The notes beneath the pieces were generated by a model that searched no databases, had not been told where the DNA came from, and saw only the letters and a program-made list of their open reading frames with translations. Shown piece by piece: positions 45,354 to 54,528 of a stretch of DNA of 64,000 nt (positions are counted from its first letter, which is position 1; the number at the start of each line of letters is the position of its first letter). Source of the stretch: Acidobacteria bacterium RIFCSPLOWO2_12_FULL_67_14b (GTDB taxonomy: Bacteria > Acidobacteriota > Vicinamibacteria > Vicinamibacterales > UBA2999); contig MELE01000065.1 of the NCBI GenBank assembly GCA_001768615.1, forward strand, positions 12,158-76,157, read 5' to 3'. A program made the translations under genes and the position numbers.

Positions 45354-46223
45354 ATGCGCGTCGGTCTGGTCAGCATCGTGGTTGCCTTGGTGGCTGCATG
45401 GACACCTGCGGCCGTTCACGCACAGGCGGTGGCCCTGTCTAACGCGGTCGTCGCCGCCGTTCAGGGAGTTGCAATGAACTCGCCGTATGGTTCGTTGCCG
45501 CGAGGACTTGATGATTCGTCGGGCTCCACGACCCGGTTGATGATCATGAGCAATCGGAACATCATCGCCTCCAGAACGGCGGATGCGGCGGGGTCGGGCG
45601 GTCGATTTACGCCAACAACGGAGATGCGCCGCGATGTCGTTGTCATGTCGTGCGGTGATCACGATGTCCGCGAGATATTCGAATGTAGTCGCCTTCGCGT
45701 CTTGGTGAACGGTGCGGTAATCGCGCCCTTGACGTACAGCGCCGATACGAACGTGTACCGCAATGCGCTCGGGGCAACATGGAATGTCAGGGAAGTGACT
45801 GCGCTCTTCGATGCCCGCCGGTTGGTCAAAGGGTTCACGGTGGAATACGCGAGCCCTGACGGTGCCGAATGGTCGTTTGCCGTAGAACCTGATCAGGCGG
45901 CCGTGGATTTGTTGCTCGATGTCTCTTCGGCAACTGCGGCCACCGCCGTGACTGGACCGCCGCCTACCCAATTGCGCGTCACCGCCGTCCGATCCGCCGA
46001 TGGCTGGCAAATCACTAACAACGATACGTATCGTTGGCCACGTTGTGTTGCCTCGATTGGGGCCAGTGAAGCGACGATGGGTGCGCTTGATCGTTTTGGT
46101 GTCGCCACAGTCAATCGGGCGCAGTTTCAACCGGCGCTGCCTGCCGATTCTGACAAGTTGCCCCTATCGGTGACGTGCTACGTGGGCCGCGACCAGATGT
46201 TCATTTCTACAATCCAACCGTAG
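45354..46223 (+). CDS. secreted hypothetical protein
   Basis: 289 aa with the signal peptide MRVGLVSIVVALVAAWTPAAVHAQA. Confidence 0.55.
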   Translation: MRVGLVSIVVALVAAWTPAAVHAQAVALSNAVVAAVQGVAMNSPYGSLPRGLDDSSGSTTRLMIMSNRNIIASRTADAAGSGGRFTPTTEMRRDVVVMSCGDHDVREIFECSRLRVLVNGAVIAPLTYSADTNVYRNALGATWNVREVTALFDARRLVKGFTVEYASPDGAEWSFAVEPDQAAVDLLLDVSSATAATAVTGPPPTQLRVTAVRSADGWQITNNDTYRWPRCVASIGASEATMGALDRFGVATVNRAQFQPALPADSDKLPLSVTCYVGRDQMFISTIQP

Positions 46224-46253
46224 CATTCACGGCCCACCAATAGGTCAAAGCGT

Positions 46254-47243
46254 TCAGCGAAGCGTCTGTTTCAGCGCAGCGATTACTTCTGCCTGATGCG
46301 TGGCCAGCGCAAAATGGCCCGCATCCTCGATGATAACTATCCGCTTGTCTGGCGCTAAGATCCGCGCGAAGTACGTCTCAACGAGCGGTGTGGGCGCAAA
46401 CAAATCGGTCCGGCCCTGAATGACGAAGTACGGAATCCTGAATGCGGTTGCTGTTGCGGGCAAATCGATGCCGACCGTGCTCTGTATCAGCGCCGCGCCT
46501 GAGGCGTTCATGCCGTCGCCAATCGGCTTGAGGGTGGTGTCTGTCTCACCGTTTGCCCTGAGCAAATCAAGCATGCCCGCAAACCAAGCGGTGTCCGACG
46601 GATTCATGTGCTGGCGGAGCGGCCGTGAGAAACCGAAGTACTGCTTGACGTTCCTTGGATCCGGTTTGCCGATTGCTTCCAAGGCGGCGAGCGCAGTCGT
46701 GTTGCCTGTGTCGCTATAACGACGCTTGAGGAAGTCAAACTGGAATTGGACGGTCTCAGCCCACGACGCAACTTGTCCTGTTCCAACGTAGGCATCGAAT
46801 AGATCGGGGCGTTGCTGTGCCATACCAGTGGCCACGACGCTACCCCACGAATGTCCAAGCAAGACGAGGCGTTGGCCGGAGAAGCGCTTTCGCAGTTGTT
46901 GTGAGAGGTCGATACCGTCGGAGATCTGTCTTTCGAGCGTGACACCAGCGGCACTGTTCTTTGCGAAGGTGCGTCCCGCTCCCCGCTGGTCCCACTGAAC
47001 CAGAACAAAGTCAGTTTCATACGGGGCGTAAGTTGAGATGAACGGCGATTGAACGTCGCCGGGGCCGCCGTGCAAGAGTAGCAGCACGGGGTTTGTGCGG
47101 TCGTCCCCCCGCACCGTCACCCACTGCTCGATCCCTCCCACGAGGACGTAAGAGGCTTCTTCCACGCGCTGAGCCGATTGCGCTTGGACGGACGCTACGA
47201 ATACGACCGCCGCCGACGCGAGAAGGGCAATGCACCGCGTCAT
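46254..47243 (-). CDS. secreted alpha/beta hydrolase (proline-iminopeptidase-like)
   Basis: Starts at MTRCIALLASAAVVFVASVQA (47243). It has an HGGPG oxyanion motif, a GHSWG nucleophile elbow and a C-terminal DAGHF. Confidence 0.8.
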   Translation of the reverse strand: MTRCIALLASAAVVFVASVQAQSAQRVEEASYVLVGGIEQWVTVRGDDRTNPVLLLLHGGPGDVQSPFISTYAPYETDFVLVQWDQRGAGRTFAKNSAAGVTLERQISDGIDLSQQLRKRFSGQRLVLLGHSWGSVVATGMAQQRPDLFDAYVGTGQVASWAETVQFQFDFLKRRYSDTGNTTALAALEAIGKPDPRNVKQYFGFSRPLRQHMNPSDTAWFAGMLDLLRANGETDTTLKPIGDGMNASGAALIQSTVGIDLPATATAFRIPYFVIQGRTDLFAPTPLVETYFARILAPDKRIVIIEDAGHFALATHQAEVIAALKQTLR

Positions 47244-47434
47244 AAGTCCATGTCCACTTGATATACGGGGTTCCCGGGGAAGCGGTTTCACCGCGACCAG
47301 TAGCACTGTAATTCCACGTCGTTTGCGGATAACGGGCGACAGACTGCCGGAATTCGGGATGGCGGGAGGCGGCATCGGGCGGGCTAATCGTCGTTTGATG
47401 ACCGAACCCGCATGAGTCGTTATACTCCGCCGAC

Positions 47435-48226
47435 GTGCCATACGACCCCAAATCCAACACCATTCGCATCAGCGATGAAATCGACATCTATGCCGATAGC
47501 GGGGCGGCGTTCTTGCGGGAACTTCAGGAGGACGCCAAGACCCCCGGTTCGCCATCGCAGGTCCGGCGCGATTGGCAGATCGTGGCGAACTGGCTCCGTT
47601 GCGAGGGCCGCGAATTACGCCAATTAGATTTTGAAACGTTCGGGGCTGCATTTCGCTCCTATCTTGCCGACGGCGTTGCTCCATCACCGGCCTTAATCAA
47701 ACCTTTCAGCGAATTCAAGCGGTTGGCGAAGGACCAGTCTTGGCCGGTCGTTCCGGTGCCGAGAGAACTCGTCGCCGTCTTTGCGCGATTGCTGGCGACG
47801 GACGACGCAATCAAAGAAAAAGGTGCGGCGGAGTTCGCTCCGACAGTTCATTCTGTCAGTGCAGTGTCTCCACGACGGAGCGCGATCCCACGGCCAGCAA
47901 TCGCGCGAGAACCCGATGTTGCGGTCAGTTGGATTCCGCTCGTAGCGTCCGCGCTGCTACTCCTGCTTGCTGCTGGTGGTGATTGGCCCTACGGCTTCTA
48001 CCAATTGCTACGTCTCGTAGTGACTGGAACGGCGCTTTATGTTGTGGTTCAGACGATGAAACGCAGCCGCTATTGGCCATGGGTGATGGGCGGGATCGCC
48101 CTTCTATTCAACCCGATTCTCATCGTGTCGTTTAGGCAAGAGGAGTGGCGGCCAATTGACTTCTGCGTGGCTGTAATTTTCGTAGTCGCAGTGCTTCAGA
48201 TGCGGTTGTGGCGTAGGACCGCCTAA
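47435..48226 (+). CDS. hypothetical protein with C-terminal DUF6804-like membrane domain
   Basis: 263 aa with a GTG start. The C-terminus reads WPYGFYQLLRLVVTGTALYVV...WPWVMGGIALLFNPI. Confidence 0.5.
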   Translation: MPYDPKSNTIRISDEIDIYADSGAAFLRELQEDAKTPGSPSQVRRDWQIVANWLRCEGRELRQLDFETFGAAFRSYLADGVAPSPALIKPFSEFKRLAKDQSWPVVPVPRELVAVFARLLATDDAIKEKGAAEFAPTVHSVSAVSPRRSAIPRPAIAREPDVAVSWIPLVASALLLLLAAGGDWPYGFYQLLRLVVTGTALYVVVQTMKRSRYWPWVMGGIALLFNPILIVSFRQEEWRPIDFCVAVIFVVAVLQMRLWRRTA

Positions 48227-48235
48227 AGGATCTAA

Positions 48236-48682
48236 ATGACGGCACTCTTGGCTGTTGTCGCTTTGGTAATGCAAACCGCCCCGACACTCACCGTGTCAAA
48301 GGCCGATCCGCTGTTCGCGGATATCAAAACATTTCGGTGCGATTTGGGCGAAGGCGTCGGACGCGATCTGGAACCTCAGAAGGCGCGGAGCAACGAGGCC
48401 TTCGGAGAGGTTATTTTCGACAACGTCGATTATCGGAATCGCAGCGCTCGCCTCATTGGGAATGTGGGAAGTTCCACCGTCCAAGTCATCGACGGTGAAT
48501 TGGCCGTGTCATTTATTGAGACGACTAGCGTGGGGGGCGTCGTCATCACAAGCATCTTCAAGGCCACTCAAACAAGCCCGTACGGTCCCTACAAGGCCGC
48601 TCTCTCCCGACACCTCGCGTACACCATCGACAATCAGGCGTCTGCTACTCAGTATTACGGAACCTGCCGAGGGTTGATTTAG
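48236..48682 (+). CDS. secreted hypothetical protein
   Basis: 148 aa with an N-terminal hydrophobic signal, 9 nt after the previous gene. Confidence 0.45.
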   Translation: MTALLAVVALVMQTAPTLTVSKADPLFADIKTFRCDLGEGVGRDLEPQKARSNEAFGEVIFDNVDYRNRSARLIGNVGSSTVQVIDGELAVSFIETTSVGGVVITSIFKATQTSPYGPYKAALSRHLAYTIDNQASATQYYGTCRGLI

Positions 48683-48697
48683 GTCAGGGGGGCTTAA

Positions 48698-49063
48698 ATG
48701 ATTGCACTAGTGTGGGCACTAGTCGGCCTATCCGCGCTTCAACCGGCAGCGAGACTTCGCTGCGAAGCGCAGCAGAAGTGGTTATGTGAACTTCCGGCTG
48801 GTTGTTCTCCAGCGAATGCCGCAAGTACTTGGCAAATTGTGGACTTCGATAAACGGACCTACGCTCGCTGTGATCGAGCCGGTTGCGACACTTACGAAAT
48901 GGTCATTACCGTTAGCGGCGCATTTCGAACATTGCAGCCTGTGGGACACCCGGACGTGTTCTTGAAAATTGGACTGGCGAACTTGTTTGTTGAAGTAGCC
49001 ACCATCGGAGTTTCGACTTACACGTCATTAGGAACTTGTCGTCCTGAGCCCCGTCCTCGTTAG
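48698..49063 (+). CDS. secreted Cys-containing hypothetical protein
   Basis: 121 aa with the signal MIALVWALVGLSALQPA. Confidence 0.45.
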   Translation: MIALVWALVGLSALQPAARLRCEAQQKWLCELPAGCSPANAASTWQIVDFDKRTYARCDRAGCDTYEMVITVSGAFRTLQPVGHPDVFLKIGLANLFVEVATIGVSTYTSLGTCRPEPRPR

Positions 49064-49687
49064 GACACGAGTCTTGTCTCTGAAGCACAGGTCCAGCCGC
49101 GTCACCATGTCCTCATAAATCGTCGCCGCCGCCTCGGCGTGTGCGCGGCGATACTCCGACTGCCGTCGTGGAAATCCCGTGCGCGGGTGTACGTCGCCTC
49201 CGGTGGCGACCTTCGCGTCGGGCGGTTCGGTCGCATCCACTAGTGTCACGCCGCACGGTACGTCGTGGTGATCCAAGTCATTCACCGCGTCTCGCAGTTC
49301 CAGAAAGCGCTCAAGCAGCGGTAAGTCTTCGCCAACGTGGTCGCGCGGGAACTGCAACGCCTCTCCGGGTTCCTCTAAGCGTGGGAGGCACAGTTGAACC
49401 GCCGACGTCCAGCGGTGGTGAACACTCAACTGCCGCCATTCGTGATCAGGCGTCTTGCTCCATTCGTACAGCACGTTCACCAGACTTCGTAACGCTGTGA
49501 AGTACAGCAGCACGGCGATGCGTGAAAACGACGCCTCGTCGCGTATGCGGCCCTCGCGTTCTGCCACACGGGCGGCCTCCAGTACGCGCTGAGCGTCACC
49601 TGTGAGGTAGGGGACGGGATTTTCGAGCGGCGGCTCCGGCCAGTGCTTGGCGCTGTTCATGCGCGCCGAGACTAACTCGAACTGCAT
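49028..49687 (-). CDS. hypothetical protein (full-length paralogue of the 44645..44896 fragment)
   Basis: ORF 49028..49807, with the likely start at MQFELVS (49687). No family recognised. Confidence 0.45.
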   Translation of the reverse strand: MQFELVSARMNSAKHWPEPPLENPVPYLTGDAQRVLEAARVAEREGRIRDEASFSRIAVLLYFTALRSLVNVLYEWSKTPDHEWRQLSVHHRWTSAVQLCLPRLEEPGEALQFPRDHVGEDLPLLERFLELRDAVNDLDHHDVPCGVTLVDATEPPDAKVATGGDVHPRTGFPRRQSEYRRAHAEAAATIYEDMVTRLDLCFRDKTRVLTRTGLRTTSS

Positions 49688-49724
49688 AGAAACCGATGGC
49701 GCGCGTGGAGCATAATCGCGGCGC

Positions 49725-50423
49725 TTGCGAAAACTCCCGATGAATGTGCGATGGCTACCGAAGGTCCATTCGCAAGAGGAAGTCGAGATCCCCGTGGCTG
49801 TTGTCACCCATTCAGCGACCGCACACGACCGCTGGATCGCGGCACAGGATTCGTGGCAGGAATCTGACTATGCGGATCACTCTGCGTTTGGACGCTATGC
49901 CAGATTAGCGGACAGCGGGAGGTTTAGATTTCCGAAAGGCGGGCAAGCGTCTTATAAGTTCGGCGAGTTTCATGTGGCTCTGCATCTTGAAGAAAGTGGA
50001 TACACCTGTTGGTCGGCCGTCCAATTGTTCGATCACCGGAATCCGAAGAAGGGATTCTGGAAAAAGAACACGGACGAAGTCCGGCAAAGGTTCAAGAGCG
50101 CAGGGATTCTTTGGCCGGGCGACATCCAGCAGTCCCTTGCCTTCGTCCCAAAGAGCCCGGATATCGTTGCCCACCATCCGCATAAGGGCTGGCTTTTCTG
50201 TGAAGTGAAGCGGCCCAATGACCGGATCAAGATCGATCAGGTGAGAGCGCTCGCCGTGTTGCACCTGCTGACGGGCGCACCAGTAGCGATAGTGCGTGTA
50301 GTGCCGACGGGGGAACGCACGAAGTGGAAATCGTGCGTTGCCGAAGTGACGTACCGCCGGAGTGCACGGCTTGCATGGGTTCATCCTTCTCACAAGGAAC
50401 TACGCAGTGCTTCCGGCAACTGA
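49725..50423 (+). CDS. VRR-NUC-like PD-(D/E)xK nuclease
   Basis: 232 aa. SPDIVAHHPHKGWLFCEVKRPNDRIKIDQ has the PD...E.K...Q arrangement of VRR-NUC domains. The start is uncertain (TTG 49725 or ATG 49740). Confidence 0.6.
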   Translation: MRKLPMNVRWLPKVHSQEEVEIPVAVVTHSATAHDRWIAAQDSWQESDYADHSAFGRYARLADSGRFRFPKGGQASYKFGEFHVALHLEESGYTCWSAVQLFDHRNPKKGFWKKNTDEVRQRFKSAGILWPGDIQQSLAFVPKSPDIVAHHPHKGWLFCEVKRPNDRIKIDQVRALAVLHLLTGAPVAIVRVVPTGERTKWKSCVAEVTYRRSARLAWVHPSHKELRSASGN

Positions 50424-51405
50424 AGCCGAAACCGAGCGCGTCGTTGGGTACATGCAGTCGCAGGCACCGGATCTGGCGGTGCAGTTTGTACAGAAGGTCT
50501 ATTCGGAAAATGTGATCCACGTGCGCCATGACGTGTGGGACGTGCACACCGACGCTGACCGCTGGTGGGTCATCACTGAGCCAATGAATCTGTACTCTCA
50601 GCGCGACTTCCCGAACATGGACTTGGCGCTGACGTGTCACGTCGGCCTGTGCCTCCGAATCCCGCGAAGTGAACGCAGCAAACTTTCCGAACTGCCGATA
50701 GAGCCGTTCGCGGAGTGCTACCGGTACATGGAGGAGGCATCGGAGGCTCTGCGCCACGCACACGAAGTCTCCGATTACCAAGCGATTGGTGTCCGTTGCC
50801 GGGAATGCCTTCTGGCGTTTGGGCTTGCAGGTCGGGCCGCTATTCCTTGGAAGTCAGAGGAAGAACCGCCGAAAGACGCCGACTTCAAGGCGTGGACCGA
50901 ACATATTTTCAATACGATATTGCCGGGCGGTTCCAACGAACAGCAACGGCATCTATTGAAGACGCTGCTGGACAGTGCATGGAAAGTTGCGAATTGGCTG
51001 ACACACGCCAAATCGTCCCACTGGCATGACGCCGAAGCGGCTGTGGCCACAACCGAGAACGCGGTGACACTTGCGGTGTCTGCACTCATTCGGTTCATCC
51101 GGGGTGTCCCTGACGAATGCCCGGCCTGTGGTTCTCAACGTTTGTCGCCAGAGCGCGGATCCCGGACCGACGATCCCGAAACCGATTGGGAGCGGCCAAC
51201 CTGCGACAAGTGTGGTTGGACTGGTACCCCGATGCGTATAGATCCGGTGGCCGAGCGTCGTGCGAAACGTCCTTCACCCGCACCCGCCAGCGAGTGTGTG
51301 GTCCCGACAGTACCGCTAAGGACACTGACTAAACCGGCATCAACCGTGAACCGGAAACGATCTAAACCGAAAAGACTTTCAAAACCTCGTCGCCGTAGTG
51401 ATTGA
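50407..51405 (+). CDS. hypothetical protein with helical core and C-terminal zinc ribbon plus basic tail
   Basis: ORF 50362..51405. The candidate GTG at 50407 overlaps the VRR-NUC stop by 17 nt. It has a CPACG...CDKCGW zinc ribbon and a KRSKPKRLSKPRRRSD tail. Confidence 0.5.
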   Translation: MLPATEAETERVVGYMQSQAPDLAVQFVQKVYSENVIHVRHDVWDVHTDADRWWVITEPMNLYSQRDFPNMDLALTCHVGLCLRIPRSERSKLSELPIEPFAECYRYMEEASEALRHAHEVSDYQAIGVRCRECLLAFGLAGRAAIPWKSEEEPPKDADFKAWTEHIFNTILPGGSNEQQRHLLKTLLDSAWKVANWLTHAKSSHWHDAEAAVATTENAVTLAVSALIRFIRGVPDECPACGSQRLSPERGSRTDDPETDWERPTCDKCGWTGTPMRIDPVAERRAKRPSPAPASECVVPTVPLRTLTKPASTVNRKRSKPKRLSKPRRRSD

Positions 51406-51588
51406 TTACCTTCACGGCGATCTTCCCCGGACGCGGACTTCGGCGAACCGGGCTGCGTCCAGTGCACGTCTGGCGTCGGCGGCGAGAGCGCGAACTGGAC
51501 GGGCCGAGGGCCTGCGTTGTCGTTCATTTGGCGAAGACTGCCCAGACGTACTTTGAGGCCTGAATTGGAGTAAATTGCGCCCATCCCA

Positions 51589-51987
51589 ATGGAGCGGAAA
51601 CTCAAACATCTTGAGTTCATTCAGGCCGTCATCAATCGGATGGCGAACACGTCATTTCTGCTGAAAGGGTGGAGCATCACGATCATTGCAGGACTGTTCG
51701 CGTTCAGTGCCACCGAGAACGAAGTGCCTCTCTTGGTTGTGGCGCTAATTCTTACCGGGGTGTTCTGGTTCCTTGACGCCTATTTCCTGTGGCAGGAAAG
51801 GCTGTTTCGTTCCTTGTACGACCACGTCCGAAAGTTGGACGACGGGGCGATTGATTTCTCAATGGACTCGTCGGCGTTCCACGGTAAACGGAAGTGGTAC
51901 GTGACCCCATTCTCAATTACCCTGCTGCCGTTCTACGGTTTTGTGCTGATCACGCTCATAGTGTTCATTACCCGATTCACGAAGTAG
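51589..51987 (+). CDS. small multi-pass membrane protein (3 predicted TM helices)
   Basis: 132 aa. Hydrophobic helices are WSITIIAGLFAFSA, LLVVALILTGVFWFLDAYFLW and ITLLPFYGFVLITLIVFI, preceded by an amphipathic N-terminal helix. The stop lies 4 nt before the TIR-like gene. Confidence 0.6.
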   Translation: MERKLKHLEFIQAVINRMANTSFLLKGWSITIIAGLFAFSATENEVPLLVVALILTGVFWFLDAYFLWQERLFRSLYDHVRKLDDGAIDFSMDSSAFHGKRKWYVTPFSITLLPFYGFVLITLIVFITRFTK

Positions 51988-51991
51988 GCAG

Positions 51992-52480
51992 ATGGCCAGA
52001 CGAGTATTCTTCAGTTTTCATTACGACCGCGATATTCTCCGTGTCGGTCAGATCCGAAATAGCGGTATTGTTCTCGCCCCCGGCGATACATCCAGCGGCT
52101 TTGTGGACAGTGCGTCGTGGGAGAGCATAAGAAGGCAAGGCGACGATGCTATTCGGCGCTGGATCGACAACCAGTTACAGAACACGTCGGTAACCGTGGT
52201 GTTGATTGGAGCGGAAACTGCCAATCGGGAGTGGATCAATTACGAGATCATAGAAAGCGCCAAACGCAAGAATGGAATGCTCGGTATCTACATCCATCAC
52301 GTGAAAGATCTGAACGGCCGGACAGACGCACAGGGCGCGAACCCCTTCGCGTACCTGTATTGGGACAACAAAGGTGCCTCGCTTGCAGCAACCTATCCGA
52401 CGTACGACTGGGTACTGAACGCAGGTCGTCAGAATCTCCCGCAATGGATTGAGGCTGCCGCAAAAGTGGCTGGACGGTGA
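51992..52480 (+). CDS. thsB: ThsB-type TIR-like domain protein (DUF1863 family)
   Basis: 162 aa. MARRVFFSFHYDRDILRVGQIRN...SWE...D.AIRRWI...L.NTSVTVVLIGAETANREWINYEIIES...GANPFAYL follows the hallmark pattern of the MTH538/ThsB TIR-like family, including the YEI Glu. Confidence 0.8.
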   Translation: MARRVFFSFHYDRDILRVGQIRNSGIVLAPGDTSSGFVDSASWESIRRQGDDAIRRWIDNQLQNTSVTVVLIGAETANREWINYEIIESAKRKNGMLGIYIHHVKDLNGRTDAQGANPFAYLYWDNKGASLAATYPTYDWVLNAGRQNLPQWIEAAAKVAGR

Positions 52481-52529
52481 CATCAACCCCCCTGCCACGG
52501 CGGCGCGGTGGGCGATCCTCGGTATTGCT

Positions 52530-53234
52530 ATGAGACTCAACGGTTGGCAGCGATTGTGGATGGTGCTGGCGACGATTTGGGCGCTTGTGGTTCTAGTGTT
52601 CGGGTACCAGCGATGGCCGATGGCACTACACGAGATCGCTTCGCCCTCGAATCGGCCGCCAGACCTCGATGACCAATGGAACCCCTTAGCGCCACCGGCA
52701 AATCCCGCTCCAGAGGGTTTCTATGATGCGCTGGCGAAACTATTCGGCGGGAAGGGCGTAGAGGACTTGGTGGCCGAGGAGGTGCTCGCCGTTCCTGCGA
52801 CGGATGACGTGCGGTCGGAAGCGGTTAGGGCATTCTACTTTTCAACCACCACAGACGAATTGATCCGTAGGCTCAGCCCGCTGCCACTACCAGACAGCGT
52901 TAAGTCTAGGCTGTCGTCCGACCTCTGGCACATGAGGCACGACCCTTCAGTCGCGCTGGCTCGGGCCATTCGCACGAAGTACCCTAACGCCTACTCGGAT
53001 CTCTCCGATGTTGAACTTGAACAGCGGGTACTCGCCAAGTACTCGGAATACAAAGCCCTTATAGAGCCGACCGTTGTGCAGAGGCGACCGCTTTCGTTCT
53101 CCGAGCGTCATGCGCTTGCGATCAGCCGAGCAACGTTTGCCGGTCAGGTCTTTTCCTTCTGGGCCATTTCCGTGGCCTTCCTGTACGTATTCGGATGGAG
53201 CGTCGGATGGATTCGCCGTGGATTCGGCCATTGA
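52530..53234 (+). CDS. hypothetical protein anchored by N- and C-terminal TM helices
   Basis: ORF 52449..53234, with the likely start at MRLNGWQRLWMVLATIWALVVLVF (52530). The C-terminal segment is FAGQVFSFWAISVAFLYVFGW. Confidence 0.5.
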   Translation: MRLNGWQRLWMVLATIWALVVLVFGYQRWPMALHEIASPSNRPPDLDDQWNPLAPPANPAPEGFYDALAKLFGGKGVEDLVAEEVLAVPATDDVRSEAVRAFYFSTTTDELIRRLSPLPLPDSVKSRLSSDLWHMRHDPSVALARAIRTKYPNAYSDLSDVELEQRVLAKYSEYKALIEPTVVQRRPLSFSERHALAISRATFAGQVFSFWAISVAFLYVFGWSVGWIRRGFGH

Positions 53235-53451
53235 CCGTCGGAGGAGCCGATGAACGCGCGCTGGCAGTCAGTCGTTCATTCCGCGATCCTAACCGTCGAT
53301 CAATATCTCGATGCGACAGTGATCGCTCGGCCCCCGAATCGGCTACGCCGTTGAGCGCCTGAACACTCACACGACTCGCAATCGAGGGTGACGCCCGGAC
53401 TGTTTGTACTTCGCTCTAGATATGGGTGAGCAGGCATCGGAAACTGCGAAA

Positions 53452-53817
53452 TTACTTAGGGCATTTTTCGTTCAACGCCCCAAACATCAAGCCGTGTGCC
53501 TGCTCATGCCAACGCTCGGGGTGCTCACTGAGATACAGGGACAAAATGGCCGCAACTTGTTCATCGGTCATCTTGACTGTGCAAGTCTGCAAACGTGCAA
53601 GGTTCGCGGTGGGCGCGCCAAACAGGGGAGCAAGCAACATACCGTCAATCAAACCAGTGGCGTACCTGCGGCGCTCGTTCTCGCTAAGTTCCCGAAAGCG
53701 ACTCCCACTAAGAAATCCGTTGTTGATATAGACCGGATCTCGAGCGCCGCCCAACTGTATTGCGAGGGCGTCACCTGTGCTGATAAACAGGAGGAACGCA
53801 AGAAGTCCACGTTTCAT
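53452..53817 (-). CDS. secreted hypothetical protein
   Basis: 121 aa with the signal MKRGLLAFLLFISTGDALA. Preferred over the antisense ORF 53404..53892, which lacks any signal or motif. Confidence 0.45.
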   Translation of the reverse strand: MKRGLLAFLLFISTGDALAIQLGGARDPVYINNGFLSGSRFRELSENERRRYATGLIDGMLLAPLFGAPTANLARLQTCTVKMTDEQVAAILSLYLSEHPERWHEQAHGLMFGALNEKCPK

Positions 53818-54197
53818 CTTTGTGCCTCAGAGTCGTTCCGAATTTATTGTCAGCGGTGCTCGGCAGTCTACGTCAACGGCAACGTCTCTTGATAGGACAA
53901 GGACGATAGGCGACACACCGAAACGGGGTCACCAGAAGCCTTCCAGAGCGCGAAGGTACTAGAGCCTATCCCCTGACATGGTCGGCCTGCTCAAGTCGTT
54001 CCAAGGGCCATTTGGGACCGCTTGGAAGGCCGATTTCAGCGGTGGCCGAACGTCTACTGAACCCTTAGACCGAGAAATTGTTCGAAAAGGCCGTTGACGG
54101 CGGTACCGACGGCCGCTACGCGCGACTAGCAAATCCAAGCAACTATTCCAAGCATCGCCGGTTCTTCGCCTCCGGAATGCCATGCCGAAGATGCGCT

Positions 54198-54518
54198 TTA
54201 GGTGTGGAAGGGCATCGACTTTGTGCTGCGTCTGGATCTTTCCCATACCCACCCGCATAAGGCACCGACGGCCGCCCACATAAGAGTTCCGAGAACGATG
54301 ACCACGAAGTAGTACGTCACCACATCGTTGTGCAAGAGCCTCTGAGTTGCAGGAATTGCATTGGCCAATAGGACTAACGGCAAATCAAAAAACAGAACGA
54401 GATAACCCTGTCCCTCGCCGGTAGCACCCATCAGGAGAACAGGTACGGCGACTACGAGGGCATGGAACAGCGCGAACGCAATGGCGAGTACCACGGTGAC
54501 CGAACGTTGTCGGCCCAA
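54198..54518 (-). CDS. hypothetical membrane protein
   Basis: 106 aa with three hydrophobic helices. Confidence 0.4.
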   Translation of the reverse strand: MGRQRSVTVVLAIAFALFHALVVAVPVLLMGATGEGQGYLVLFFDLPLVLLANAIPATQRLLHNDVVTYYFVVIVLGTLMWAAVGALCGWVWERSRRSTKSMPFHT

Positions 54519-54528
54519 TCAATCCTCC

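Noticed and set aside
36400-53300. Integron-like cassette array (many short unrelated ORFs, mostly same strand, with recurring short repeats).
   Set aside because: No intI is in the window. The recurring repeats lack the RYYYAAC/GTTRRRY attC core sites. Gene orientation is mixed and the repeats do not follow each ORF.
53404-53892. 162-aa plus-strand ORF overlapping 53452..53817(-).
   Set aside because: It has no signal, motif or RBS. The minus-strand ORF has a clean signal peptide and more protein-like composition.
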